Source: Verrucomicrobiales bacterium (lineage in GTDB: Bacteria > Verrucomicrobiota > Verrucomicrobiia > Verrucomicrobiales > V1-33). Taken from it: a DNA stretch of 64,000 bases. The notes below the pieces were generated by a model. That model did no database searches, was not told the origin of the DNA, and saw only the letters and a list, made by a program, of their open reading frames with translations. Positions within the stretch are counted from its first letter, which is position 1; each line of letters starts with the position of its first letter. The stretch spans positions 15,176 through 79,175 of the forward strand of contig CANHIJ010000001.1 of the NCBI GenBank assembly GCA_947460575.1. The letters are read 5' to 3'. Below, piece after piece: positions 36,439 to 45,815 of the stretch. The position numbers and the translations under genes were made by a program.

Positions 36439-37227
36439 CTAAGCGTTTGAGGCTGAGGGGCTGCGCCCGTTCCAGGCGACGCAATCGGCGTAGCGCAGGC
36501 CGCGGCCCCCAAAGAGGTCGAGGGCGCTGCCGACGGTGACGTCGACCCGTCCGGCGCTGAGCATTTCGGCCAACTCTAGGTCCTGGAGGGAGCGGGCTCC
36601 CCCGGCGTAGGTGGTGGGGACGGGGCTGTGGGCGGCGAGGAAAGAGAGGAGTTCGTGGTCCATGCCGGCGCACTGGCCCTCGACGTCGGCGGCGTGGACG
36701 AGGAATTCGGCGCAGGATTGGCCTAACTTTTCGAGCAAAGCGGGGGAAAGGGTGAGGTTGGTGAAGGTTTGCCAGCGGTTCATGCAGACGGTCCAGCCGC
36801 CTTCGGGGGAGCGGCGGCAGCTCAGGTCGATGACGAGGCGGTCGCGGCCGATGGCGTCTAACAAGGCGTCAAGGCGCGGGGGGAGGAAGCGGCCATCGGG
36901 GGAGAAGAGCCAGGAGGTGACGATGGCGTGGGAGGCGCCGACTTCGAGCCAAGCTGGGGCATTGTCGGCGGTGAGGCCGCCGCCGACTTGGAGGCCGCCG
37001 GGGTAGGCCTGGAGGGCGCGGCGCGCGGCGGCTTCATTGCCGGGGCCGAGGAGGATGACGTGTCCGCCGAGCAGGGCGTCGCGGCGGTAGAGGGAGGCGT
37101 AGAATTCCGCGGGGAGATCGCTTTCGAAATTGGTGATGAGTCCGGGGCCTTGATCGCGGAGGGAGCCGCCTACGATTTGCTTGACGCGGCCGAGGTGGAG
37201 GTCGATGCAGGGTCGGAAGCGGGTCAT
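36439..37227 (-). CDS. hisA: ProFAR isomerase HisA, eukaryote-type (His6-like)
   Basis: 'MTRFRPCIDLHLGRVKQIVGGSL', 'LQVGGGL', 'IVTSWLF', 'LVIDLSCRR', 'NRWQTFTNL', 'FLVHAADVEGQCAGMD' and 'YAGGARSLQDL' parallel the yeast His6 sequence as I remember it ('[23 protein letters not shown]...'). Confidence 0.8.
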   Translation of the reverse strand: MTRFRPCIDLHLGRVKQIVGGSLRDQGPGLITNFESDLPAEFYASLYRRDALLGGHVILLGPGNEAAARRALQAYPGGLQVGGGLTADNAPAWLEVGASHAIVTSWLFSPDGRFLPPRLDALLDAIGRDRLVIDLSCRRSPEGGWTVCMNRWQTFTNLTLSPALLEKLGQSCAEFLVHAADVEGQCAGMDHELLSFLAAHSPVPTTYAGGARSLQDLELAEMLSAGRVDVTVGSALDLFGGRGLRYADCVAWNGRSPSASNA

Positions 37228-37250
37228 GAAATGGGGATGGGGGAGGAAGG

Positions 37251-37949
37251 CTAGTTGCCGCCGACGGCCCGGAGGGCGAGGGCGCAGACTTCGGCGATGA
37301 CGCTTTTGGCGCCCTCGCTTTGGCGGTACCACTGGGCGGGGTCGTAGGAGACGGGGGGGACGCTGAGAATGCCGACGCGCCATTGGGGGCCGAGGACTTC
37401 TTGAAAAATGGCGCGGGAGCGGCGGGCGTGGGTGCCGAGGGTGAGGAGGTTGATTTGGCGGCCGGAATCGGGGATGGGTTCGCGATCGAGGACGGCCTTG
37501 AGGGCGGTGGCCATGGCGCGGGTGCGCTCGGTTTTGGCGTCCTCGCAGGGCACCGGGCAGATCAATGGGGGTTCCAGGCCGAGGCGGGCGAGGGTGTTAG
37601 CGGCGACCTCGGCGAAGGTTTTCCACTGTTGGAGGTAGGAGCCTTGTTCGAGGGGGATGCCGGTGCAGAAGACGCGGGTGGTGGGGTATTGGTCGGCCCA
37701 GGTCACGGCTTCGCGGAGGACGTGGTCGGGCACCCAGCCTTCGACGGCCAAATAGCGGGCCTCGGGGGCGGGGTCGGAGAGGGCGAGCCAGGGGTGGAGG
37801 GCGCGCCCGGCGAGGAGTGCTAGAGCTAGGGCGGTGAGGCCGGTGCAGAGGGCCGTGCGCCAGGTGGGGCAGGGGAGGGAGCGGCGGCGGAACCACCATC
37901 CGGAAGGGGGGGCTGAGTTGGGGGCGGTCGCGGCGGGCGGGAGGGACAT
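37251..37949 (-). CDS. DUF218 / YdcF-ElyC-like membrane-anchored protein
   Basis: The start was trimmed to the ATG at 37949. It has a TM segment 'ALCTGLTALALALLAG', then 'YLAVEGWVPDHVL' and 'LLTLGTHARRSRAIF'. The 178-aa upstream extension is R/P-rich junk that overlaps the GT2 gene. Confidence 0.6.
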   Translation of the reverse strand: MSLPPAATAPNSAPPSGWWFRRRSLPCPTWRTALCTGLTALALALLAGRALHPWLALSDPAPEARYLAVEGWVPDHVLREAVTWADQYPTTRVFCTGIPLEQGSYLQQWKTFAEVAANTLARLGLEPPLICPVPCEDAKTERTRAMATALKAVLDREPIPDSGRQINLLTLGTHARRSRAIFQEVLGPQWRVGILSVPPVSYDPAQWYRQSEGAKSVIAEVCALALRAVGGN

Positions 37950-37984
37950 GGGGGAAGGGAACCAGGGCGGGCGGGGCGGGGCGG

Positions 37985-38728
37985 TCAATGGGAACTTGCC
38001 GCGGGGCGCTGCCAGGGCCCGAGGTGGCGGCGGAGTTGGATCAGGCTGCGGATCATGGCCAGGACGCTCGCGGCGCGGAGTTGGCCGCCGGCGATTTCGC
38101 TCCAATTGACGGGGACGGGCTGGATGGGAGTGCCCTGGTGGAGGAGGTGCCAGGTGAGTTCGATGTCGAAGCAGAAGCGTTGCTCGCGGAGGTGGGGGGC
38201 GCAGGCGCGCCAGGCGGCGGCGGGCAGGATCTTGCAGCCGCACTGGGTTTCGGGCAGGGGGAAGCGGAAGAGGGCGGTGACGAGGAGGCGAAAAAAGGAT
38301 CCTGCGAGGGCGCGGGCGGGATGGCGGCGCACTTGGGTGTTGGCGGTGCCGGTGCGCACCGCGTAAAGGGCGGAGTCGGGAAACTGCGGGGCGAGGGCGC
38401 AGAGCCGGGCGGCTTCGGTGGGGGGGATGGCGCCGTCGGCGTCGATGAAGCCGAGATGGGTGTGGTGGGGGGCGGCGGCCCACCCGGCGTAGACGGCGCC
38501 GCCTTTGCCGAGGTTGCGCGGGCCGAGCAGAGGGGGGAGGAGGGCTGGCCAGGTGGGGCGCAAGGAGGCGATGTAGCTGGAGAGCCAGGCCTGCTCCGCG
38601 GGGCCGGAGCCGTCGTCGACCACCAAGACCTCCGCGGGAACGGTGGCTAGGGCGGCCAGCAAGCCGGGGAGGAAAGCGGGGAGCCGCTCGCGCTCGCGCA
38701 GACAGGGAATGACGAGCAGGATTTTCAA
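37985..38728 (-). CDS. family 2 glycosyltransferase (polyprenyl-phosphate glycosyltransferase-like)
   Basis: Motifs are 'ILLVIPCLRERERLP', 'VLVVDDGSGP', 'NLGKGGAV' and 'FIDADGAIP'. The start is an apparent TTG. Confidence 0.75.
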   Translation of the reverse strand: MKILLVIPCLRERERLPAFLPGLLAALATVPAEVLVVDDGSGPAEQAWLSSYIASLRPTWPALLPPLLGPRNLGKGGAVYAGWAAAPHHTHLGFIDADGAIPPTEAARLCALAPQFPDSALYAVRTGTANTQVRRHPARALAGSFFRLLVTALFRFPLPETQCGCKILPAAAWRACAPHLREQRFCFDIELTWHLLHQGTPIQPVPVNWSEIAGGQLRAASVLAMIRSLIQLRRHLGPWQRPAASSH

Positions 38729-38828
38729 AGCTAGGTCAGGGAGTTAGGGGGCCGCGCCGAGCTGGGGCGCGGCGTTCCCTGCGGGGGGCGGGTCCTCTTT
38801 TTTATTAGGATAGCACGAGCAGTGAATT

Positions 38829-40280
38829 TTAGGCGAGGAGGGGTTGGATGACATTTCCGGCGATGTCGGTGAGGCGGTAGTTGCGGCCTTCGTGGCGGAA
38901 GGTGAGGCGCTTGTGGTCCACGCCCATGGCCTGGAGGAGGGTGGCGTGGAGGTCGTGGACGTGGACGGGATCGCGCACCACATTGTAGCCGAATTCGTCG
39001 GTTTCGCCGTAGGTGAGGCCTTTTTGGAGGCCGCCGCCGGCCATCCAGACGGTGAAGCAGCGGGGGTGGTGGTCGCGGCCGAAATTGTCCGAGGCGATGT
39101 CGCCTTGGCTGTAGGCGGTGCGGCCGAATTCCCCGCCCCAGATGACGAGGGTTTCGTCGAGGAGGCCGCGCTGTTTGAGGTCGGCGATGAGGGCGGCGGC
39201 GCCTTGGTCGGTTTCCTGACATTTTTGGCGCAGTCCGGCGGGGAGGCCGCCGTGGTGGTCCCAGTCGCGATGGCAGAGTTGGATAAAGCGGACGCCGCGC
39301 TCGGCGAGGCGGCGGGCGAGGAGGCAATTATTGCCGAAGCTGGGCTGGCCGGGTTTGGCGCCGTAGAGATCGAGCACGGCCTGGGATTCGCCGGAGAGGT
39401 CGGTTAGCTCGGGCACGCTCGTTTGCATGCGGAAGGCGAGTTCGTAATTTTCGATTTGGGAGGCGATGGCGGGGTCGCCGAGTTGGCCGAGGGCCTGGCG
39501 GTTGAGGTCGTTGGTGGCGTCGAGCAACTGGCGGCGGGTGCGGGTGCTGATGCCCTTAGGATTGGAGACGTAGAGGACGGGATCGCCGGCGTTGCGGAAC
39601 TGGACGCCGCCGAATTGGGCGGGGAGGAAGCCGCTGCCCCAGTAGCGGGACTGGAGGGTTTGGCCGCCGCCGCCGCTGGTAAGGACCACAAATGAGGGGA
39701 GGTCGCGGTTGCTGCTGCCGAGGCCGTAGGCGAGCCAGGAGCCCATCACGGGGCGGCCGGGCTGTTGGTGGCCGCTGGCGAAGAAGGTGGCAGCGGGGTC
39801 GTGGTTAATAGGGTCAGTGTGGAGGGAGCGGACGAAGGTGCAGTCGTCGGCGACCTTGGCGAGGTGAGGGAGGAGCTCGGAGAGTTCGGCTTGGGATTGG
39901 CCGTGTTTGGCGAATTTGAAGGGGGAGCCGACGCAGAGGAGGTTTTTCTGGCCGCTGGTCATGGTGGTGATGCGCTGGCCTTTGCGGACGCTTTCGGGCA
40001 GGTCCTTGCCGGTCATTTCGATCAGCTTGGGCTTGGGGTCGAAGAGGTCGAGGTGGGAGGGGGCCCCGGACATGAAGAGGTAGATGATGCGCTTGGCCTT
40101 GGGGGCGAAGTGGAGGTGGCCGAGGGCTCCGGGCACGGCGGGGCCGTCGCCGCCATCCATGGCGAAGAGGCGCGGGTTGAAGAGGGAGGTCAGGGCCAGG
40201 CTGCCGAGGCCGGTGGTGCTTTTTTGGAGGAAAGCCCGGCGCGCGAGGGTGTTGCGGATGGCGTTAGAGAGGGCGTCCAT
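38829..40280 (-). CDS. DUF1501 domain protein (third paralog)
   Basis: It has the Tat-like 'RRAFLQKSTTGLGSLALTSLF'. Motifs 'IYLFMSGAPSHLDLFDPKP', 'RDWDHHGGL', 'VIWGGEFGRT' and 'GRDHHPRCF' follow. It lies 4 nt downstream of the DUF1553 gene. Confidence 0.9.
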   Translation of the reverse strand: MDALSNAIRNTLARRAFLQKSTTGLGSLALTSLFNPRLFAMDGGDGPAVPGALGHLHFAPKAKRIIYLFMSGAPSHLDLFDPKPKLIEMTGKDLPESVRKGQRITTMTSGQKNLLCVGSPFKFAKHGQSQAELSELLPHLAKVADDCTFVRSLHTDPINHDPAATFFASGHQQPGRPVMGSWLAYGLGSSNRDLPSFVVLTSGGGGQTLQSRYWGSGFLPAQFGGVQFRNAGDPVLYVSNPKGISTRTRRQLLDATNDLNRQALGQLGDPAIASQIENYELAFRMQTSVPELTDLSGESQAVLDLYGAKPGQPSFGNNCLLARRLAERGVRFIQLCHRDWDHHGGLPAGLRQKCQETDQGAAALIADLKQRGLLDETLVIWGGEFGRTAYSQGDIASDNFGRDHHPRCFTVWMAGGGLQKGLTYGETDEFGYNVVRDPVHVHDLHATLLQAMGVDHKRLTFRHEGRNYRLTDIAGNVIQPLLA

Positions 40281-40284
40281 ATGC

Positions 40285-43200
40285 TTAGTTAGTGATGGTT
40301 TCGTTGAGATTGAGGAGGACGTTGCCGAGGGCGGTCCAGGCGGCGAGATCGCGGTCGCTGAGTCCCTCGGGGCGGGGCAGGTCGCCGATGGCGAGGAGGG
40401 CGGCGGCGGCGGCGGGGTCTTCTTGGTAGGTGAGGAGTTGGGCTTCGATGGTTTTGGCGAGGACGGCGATTTCTTCGGGGCTGGGGATGCGGCCGAGGGC
40501 GGTGCGCCAGGCGAAGCGGAGGCGGGCGGCTTGGTCGGGTCCGCCTTCGGTGAGGATGCGCTGGGCGAAGGCGCGGGCGGCCTCCACGAAGACGGGGTCG
40601 TTCATGAGGACGAGGGATTGCAGGGGGGTGCTGGTGCGGGCGCGCTGGGCGCTGCAAAACTCGCGGGTGGGGGCGTCGAGGGTAATGAAAGAGGGATAGA
40701 CGGTGGAGCGGCGCCAGTAGACGTAGAGGCCGCGGCGGTAGAGGTCGGCGCCCTTAGACTTGTCGTAGTTGTAGCCGCCCATTTCGTTGATTTCCCAAGT
40801 GCCGGGGGGCTGTTCGGGCTTGATGCTTTTGCCGCCGAGTTGGGGGTTGAGGATGCCGGCGATGGCGAGGGCATTGTCGCGGATTATTTCGGCGTCGAGG
40901 CGCTGGCGGGGGCCGCGGGCGAGCAGGCGGTTTTCGCTGTCGCGGGCGAGCAGGGCGGGGTCGACGCGGGCGGACTGCCGGTAGGTGGCGCTCATGATGA
41001 TTTGCTTCAGGGTGCGCTTGGTATTCCAGTCCTTCATGAAATCGCCCGCCAACCAATCTAACAATTCGGGATGGCTGGGCCATTCGCCTTGGGAGCCGAA
41101 GTCGTTGAGGGTTTTGACAAGCCCGGTGCCGAAGAGCATGGCCCACCAACGGTTCACGGTGACGCGGGCGGTGAGGGGCTGGGTGGGGGAGACGAGCCAC
41201 CGGGCGAAGTCGAGGCGGTCGAGCGGTTTGCCGTCGGGGCGGGGGGGGATTTGGGGGAGGAAGCCGGGTACGTTAGGAGCGACGCGGGGGCCGTTTTGGT
41301 CGTAGGCGCCGCGGAGCTTGAGGAAGGTCTCGCGGGGCTGGGCCATCTCGGACATGACCATGGTATTGGGGATGGTTTTCTCGACGGCTTCTTTGGCCTG
41401 GCGGGGTTGGGCGGCCTTTTGTTGGGCCTGGGCGAATTCGGGGGCTTGGGTTTCGCGGAAAAAGACCTGCAGCTGGGTTTGCTGGGCGGGGGTGCGCTGC
41501 TCCTTGGGGGTTTTTGCTAGAGCTAGGGTGGGGGCCCCGCCGAGGAGGGCGACTTCGCCTGGGGTGAGGGCGCGGGTGTAGGCGCGGAATTCGTCGACGG
41601 TGCCGGAGAAGGGAGCGCCGCGGCGGCCGCGGCGGCCGATGCTGAAGGGCTCGGGGGTTTGGATGCTATCAGTTAAGGTATTGACGACGATCTTGGTTTT
41701 TTCGGGTTGGCCGTTGACGAACATGTGGACGCCGGAGGCTTGGCCGGAGCCGTCGTAGGTGACGGCGAGGTGGAGGAAGGTATCGGCGGGGAGATCGCGT
41801 TCGGCTTGGACGTGGATGGCGACGGCGGGCCACTGGCTGATGAGGTGGAAGCTGGGCTTGGTGCCGTGGAATTCGACATCCCAGCCGCGGGTGCGGGCGG
41901 AAGCTTCCATTTTGCCGAAGGGGGAACCGCCTTCGGGTTTGAGGCGCAGCCAGGCGGCGACGGAGAAGGGCTGGTCCTTTTCGACATTGAGGAGGTCGGG
42001 GTACTCGATCCAGCCGGAGGCGGCGGGGAGGAAGCCGCGGCCGACCGCGGCATCGGCAAAGCTGCCGCTGCCTTGGACGGCGCCGTCGAGGATGGAGGCG
42101 TCGGGGCCGCGGCCTTGGCCGTCGGATTCGAGGGCGAGAGCGGCGAGGGCGCCGGAGGGCTCGGGGGCGGCGGGGAGGGCGGCGACTTCGGTTTCCCAGG
42201 CGGCTTGTTTGAGATCGAGCGCTTGGCCTAGCGAGACGACGTACTGATCGGCCTGGGCGATTTCGGCGTCGAGGCGCTGGCGCTCGGCGGACTGGGCGGG
42301 GGAGGGGACTTGGAGGAAGGGCTGGGGATTGCGGTCGCGCACCCCGTCCTTGCCATTTTCGGGCACGTTGTGGAAGAAGGCGTAGATGCCGTAAAAGTCT
42401 TGTTGAGTGATGGGGTCGTATTTGTGGTCGTGGCACTGGGCGCAGGCCACGGTGACGCCCATCCAGGTGACTCCGGTGGTGGCGACGCGGTCGACGATGT
42501 AGAGGTTGAGGTACTCTTGTTCGATGAGGCCGCCCTCGTCGCTGGTCATGACGTTGCGGTGGAAACCGGAGGCCACTTTTTGATCAATGGTGGCGTTGGG
42601 CAGCATGTCTCCGGCGATTTGTTCGATGGTGAACTGGTCGAAGGGCATGCCGACGTTGAAAGCGTTGATGACCCATTCGCGCCAGAGCCACATATCTCGC
42701 AGGGAGTCGTTGTGGTAGCCGCTGGTGTCCCCGTAGCGCGCTAGGTCGAGCCAGGGGACGGCGAGGCGCTCGCCGAAGTGCGGCGATTCTAACAATTTAT
42801 CAACGGCGGCGGAAAGGGCGGCCTCGCGGTTATGGGCGGAGGCCTCGAGGAAGGCGTCGACTTCGGCGATGGAGGGAGGGAGGCCGGTTAGGTCGAGGCT
42901 GACGCGGCGGAGCAGGCGGGCGGGTTCTTCCTCTGGGGAAGGGGCGAGGCCTTCCTTGGCGAGGCGGGCCTGGACGAAGGCGTCGATGGGGGAGAGGTTT
43001 GGGGTGGGAGGGACGGCGACGGGGGCGACGGGAGTAAAGGACCAGTGGCCGGTCCAGACGGCGCCTTCTTTGATCCACTGTTGGAGCAGTTCGATTTGGG
43101 CGGGCTTGAGGGATTTCAGCTCCTTGGGCGGCGGCATGACTTCGTCGGGGTCGGTGGAGCAGATGCGCTTGAGCAACTCACTTTTGGCGGGGTCGCCGGG

Positions 43201-43413
43201 GACGATGGCGGTGGCGCCGGATTTCCCCTGGCCGAAGGCGGCTGCTTTGAGGTCGAGGCGGAGGTCGCCTTTGCGCTTATTGGAGTCTGGCCCGTGGCAG
43301 GTGAAGCAGTGTTCGGAGAGGAGGGGGCGGATTTCGCGGGCGAAATCGACGTTGGCGAGCGCGGGGGAGGCCGCGAAAACCAGGAGAGCGAGGAGGGAAA
43401 GGGGCTTGGGCAT
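40285..43413 (-). CDS. PSCyt1 (CxxCH) + DUF1549 + LamG + DUF1553 protein
   Basis: The start was trimmed to the ATG at 43413 (signal peptide 'MPKPLSLLALLVFAASPALA'). It has 'CFTCHGPDSNKRKGDLRLD', 'DEVMPPPK...LLQQWIKEGA', 'LLRRVSLDLTGLPPSIAEVDAFL' and 'CAQCHDHKYDP'. A LamG insert ('FSVAAWLRLKP...VDEFRAYTRALTPGEV') and a DUF1553-like C-terminus follow. Confidence 0.9.
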   Translation of the reverse strand: MPKPLSLLALLVFAASPALANVDFAREIRPLLSEHCFTCHGPDSNKRKGDLRLDLKAAAFGQGKSGATAIVPGDPAKSELLKRICSTDPDEVMPPPKELKSLKPAQIELLQQWIKEGAVWTGHWSFTPVAPVAVPPTPNLSPIDAFVQARLAKEGLAPSPEEEPARLLRRVSLDLTGLPPSIAEVDAFLEASAHNREAALSAAVDKLLESPHFGERLAVPWLDLARYGDTSGYHNDSLRDMWLWREWVINAFNVGMPFDQFTIEQIAGDMLPNATIDQKVASGFHRNVMTSDEGGLIEQEYLNLYIVDRVATTGVTWMGVTVACAQCHDHKYDPITQQDFYGIYAFFHNVPENGKDGVRDRNPQPFLQVPSPAQSAERQRLDAEIAQADQYVVSLGQALDLKQAAWETEVAALPAAPEPSGALAALALESDGQGRGPDASILDGAVQGSGSFADAAVGRGFLPAASGWIEYPDLLNVEKDQPFSVAAWLRLKPEGGSPFGKMEASARTRGWDVEFHGTKPSFHLISQWPAVAIHVQAERDLPADTFLHLAVTYDGSGQASGVHMFVNGQPEKTKIVVNTLTDSIQTPEPFSIGRRGRRGAPFSGTVDEFRAYTRALTPGEVALLGGAPTLALAKTPKEQRTPAQQTQLQVFFRETQAPEFAQAQQKAAQPRQAKEAVEKTIPNTMVMSEMAQPRETFLKLRGAYDQNGPRVAPNVPGFLPQIPPRPDGKPLDRLDFARWLVSPTQPLTARVTVNRWWAMLFGTGLVKTLNDFGSQGEWPSHPELLDWLAGDFMKDWNTKRTLKQIIMSATYRQSARVDPALLARDSENRLLARGPRQRLDAEIIRDNALAIAGILNPQLGGKSIKPEQPPGTWEINEMGGYNYDKSKGADLYRRGLYVYWRRSTVYPSFITLDAPTREFCSAQRARTSTPLQSLVLMNDPVFVEAARAFAQRILTEGGPDQAARLRFAWRTALGRIPSPEEIAVLAKTIEAQLLTYQEDPAAAAALLAIGDLPRPEGLSDRDLAAWTALGNVLLNLNETITN

Positions 43414-43574
43414 GGCGAGGGGAAGCGGGCGAGCGGTGGGCGAGGTGGAGGGGAGTCGGGGAAGGCTGGCGCCGCCCGTCAAACGGGCGCTGGGCGGGGG
43501 GGCTTTCGTCGGGCTGAGGAGGGGATGGCGGGCGGGCCGGGAAGGGGGAGGTCCGGGGTGACTCGGAAATTAGG

Positions 43575-44969
43575 TTATGGATGCGGCGGGGGCGTCCAGT
43601 CGGCGGGGGTGGGGCGGGGGACTTGCAGGGGGCAGGCGTCTCCGCTGCGGAGCATTTCCTGCTGCATTTGGAGTGTTAGGGAGGCGAGGGTGGCGGCGTG
43701 GGCGGGCTGGGCGGCGAGGTTGGTGATTTCGTAAGGATCGGCCGACAAGTCGAAAAGTTGGGAGCGGTCTATTTTTGGATAGCGGATGAGTTTATAGCGT
43801 CCGTCGGTGTAGGCGCGCTGGGCGTCTTTGTAGGCGAACCGGAGGTGGGGGCGGGCGGGCTGGGCGGGGCGGCGCAGGGTGGCGGTGAATTCGAGACCTT
43901 GGCTGGTGGCGGGACCGGGGACGCCGCAGAGTTTGCCCAGGGTGGGCAGGAGGTCGAAGAGGTAGCAGAGGGCCTCAGTGGATTGGCCCTCGGGGATGCC
44001 GGGGCCGGCGATGACGAGGGGGACGCGCAGGGAGTGTTCGTAGAGGTTTTGTTTGCCGATCAGGCCGTGGCTGCCGCGGGCCACCCCGCTGTCGGCGCTG
44101 AAGACTATCAAAGTGTGGGCGGCGTGGGGGGAGGCGGCGAGGGCGTCGAGGACGCGGCCGATTTGGCTATCGAGGTAGGAGATATAGCGGTAGTAGTCGG
44201 CGAGGAGGGCGCGCACGCCGTCGGGGGAGCGGGGCCAGGGGAGCAGGAGTTCGTCGCGGATGGTCATTTCTCCATTGTCCCAAGGATGCTGGGGCAAAAA
44301 ATTGGGGGGGAGGGGGATGGCGGATGGCGGGTAGTGGACGGGGAAATCGGGGGGCACGATGTGGGGGTCGTGGGGGGCGTCGAAGGGGAGGTAGGCGAAG
44401 AAGGGCTGGGCCTGGGGCTGGTTGAGGAAGCGGATGGTTTCGTCGGCGAAGGTGGCGCAGGCGTGCTGCGGGGAGATTTTCGGGGGGCTGAGCTGGCCGT
44501 TTTCGAGGTCGCGCAGGGGGGCCTGGAGGGGGTTGGTCATGCCGCCGGTGAAGACCGAGCGGGCGATTTGAAAGGAGCGGGCCAGCGAGGCGTCGCCGTT
44601 GTGCCATTTGCCGCTGATGAAGGTGGTGTAGCCGGCGGCGGCGAAGGATTCGGGCCAAGTGGGGTGGCGCTGTAGGGTTTCATCGATGTCGAAGAGGCTG
44701 CGGCCGGAGAGCAGCATGGCGCGGGAGGGCACGCAGGTGGCGGCGTTGCGCCCGCCTTGCAAATAGGCGCGATGGAACGTGAGGCCGCGGCGCACCAAGC
44801 GGTCCAAGTGTGGGGTTTGGACAACGGAATGGCCCAGGGCCGCGACGGCGTCGGCGCGGAGGTCGTCGGCGAAGAGGAATAGGACGTTAGGCGGCGGCGC
44901 GGGAGCGGCGGGAGCGGCGGGGCGCAGGCCGAGCAGGAGGGCGGCGGCCCCAAGGAGCAGGGCTCTCAT
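43575..44969 (-). CDS. secreted sulfatase (formylglycine type)
   Basis: It has a signal peptide, 'NVLFLFADDLRADA' and the FGly motif 'CVPSRAMLLSGR'. 'GKWHNG' and 'LIVFSADSG' are also present. Confidence 0.9.
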   Translation of the reverse strand: MRALLLGAAALLLGLRPAAPAAPAPPPNVLFLFADDLRADAVAALGHSVVQTPHLDRLVRRGLTFHRAYLQGGRNAATCVPSRAMLLSGRSLFDIDETLQRHPTWPESFAAAGYTTFISGKWHNGDASLARSFQIARSVFTGGMTNPLQAPLRDLENGQLSPPKISPQHACATFADETIRFLNQPQAQPFFAYLPFDAPHDPHIVPPDFPVHYPPSAIPLPPNFLPQHPWDNGEMTIRDELLLPWPRSPDGVRALLADYYRYISYLDSQIGRVLDALAASPHAAHTLIVFSADSGVARGSHGLIGKQNLYEHSLRVPLVIAGPGIPEGQSTEALCYLFDLLPTLGKLCGVPGPATSQGLEFTATLRRPAQPARPHLRFAYKDAQRAYTDGRYKLIRYPKIDRSQLFDLSADPYEITNLAAQPAHAATLASLTLQMQQEMLRSGDACPLQVPRPTPADWTPPPHP

Positions 44970-45697
44970 GGGGCGGGGTTTGGATGGGTGGAGTGGAGGA
45001 TTTTTTGCCAGAGGGCGGCGCGCTGGGGGGAGAGGGCCTGGAGTTGGGCGGCGGCGGCGGGGCTGGCGTCGAGGCAGGCGGCGTAGAGGGAGGCGAATTC
45101 GGCGAGGTCTTCGTGGGCGACCTGGTCGCCGTAGCGGGAGACGGAAATCTGGTCCTGGGCGATGGCCTTTTTCCAGAGGGCGAGGGTATCGGCGGCGGTG
45201 GCGGAAGCCCTTTGTTCGAGGATGTGGCCTGCTTCGTGGGCGACAACCATGGCGTTGGCTTTGGGTATTAAATTGAGATAGTCCTGCGAGCCGTGGGCGG
45301 CGGCTCCGCCGAGGTCGGCGTAGAAGGCGACGCCGTCCTTAGTGCCTTCGGAAACGATGGCGAAGGCGCGCCAGTAGGCTTGGGGAAGGCGTTGGAGGCG
45401 GTCCAGGGTGTCGGCGATGGCGAGTTGGGTTTGGTCTTCGATGGTGATTTTGAAGTGGATGTCGCCGAGGGAGGCCTGCCAGGTTTGGCCGGGGGCGGCT
45501 TGGCGGCGCATTTTGACGGGGAGGGGGCCGGACTCGATTTTGATTTTGGCGGCGGATTGGTCGCCGAAGGCGGCGATTTGGGGGGCGAAGCGCTGCTTGA
45601 GGTTGAGTTGGGCAGCGGTGGCGGTGGGGGCGAGGGGCTCGGCGGGAGCGGAGCGGGGGGCCAAGGGGAGGAGGGCCAGGAGGAGGAGAAAAGTCAT
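44966..45697 (-). CDS. secreted hypothetical protein with HExxH zinc-metallopeptidase motif
   Basis: It has the signal peptide 'MTFLLLLALLPLAPRSAPA' and 'MVVAHEAGHILEQ', with a downstream 'HEDLAEF'. Its stop overlaps the sulfatase start by 4 nt. I do not recognise the family. Confidence 0.5.
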   Translation of the reverse strand: MTFLLLLALLPLAPRSAPAEPLAPTATAAQLNLKQRFAPQIAAFGDQSAAKIKIESGPLPVKMRRQAAPGQTWQASLGDIHFKITIEDQTQLAIADTLDRLQRLPQAYWRAFAIVSEGTKDGVAFYADLGGAAAHGSQDYLNLIPKANAMVVAHEAGHILEQRASATAADTLALWKKAIAQDQISVSRYGDQVAHEDLAEFASLYAACLDASPAAAAQLQALSPQRAALWQKILHSTHPNPAP

Positions 45698-45755
45698 GGG
45701 AGAGGAAAGGGGCGGGGGGCCTGCGGGCTGGCTGGCGGAGAGCGGGGCTGCAAGG

Positions 45756-45796
45756 AAAAAGAGCCCCCCCGCCCGGTATTTCGGGAGGGGGGGCTC
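45756..45796 (-). terminator. rho-independent terminator after the small basic ORF
   Basis: The 10-bp stem 'gagccccccc' (45761-70) / 'gggggggctc' (45787-96) is followed on the minus strand by T5 (the complement of 'aaaaa' at 45756-60). Confidence 0.75.
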
Positions 45797-45815
45797 TGCG
45801 GGGCGAGCTCAGGGC

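Noticed and set aside
37950-38483. Long in-frame N-terminal extensions offered by the ORF track. Examples are 37251-38483, 6402-7139, 9043-11328, 35844-36512, 36439-37383, 31708-33444, 3042-4166, 40285-43482 and 59712-60839.
   Set aside because: The extensions are R/P/G-rich, overlap neighbouring genes, and precede an internal Met that is immediately followed by a signal peptide or by the conserved family N-terminus. Starts were moved to those Mets.
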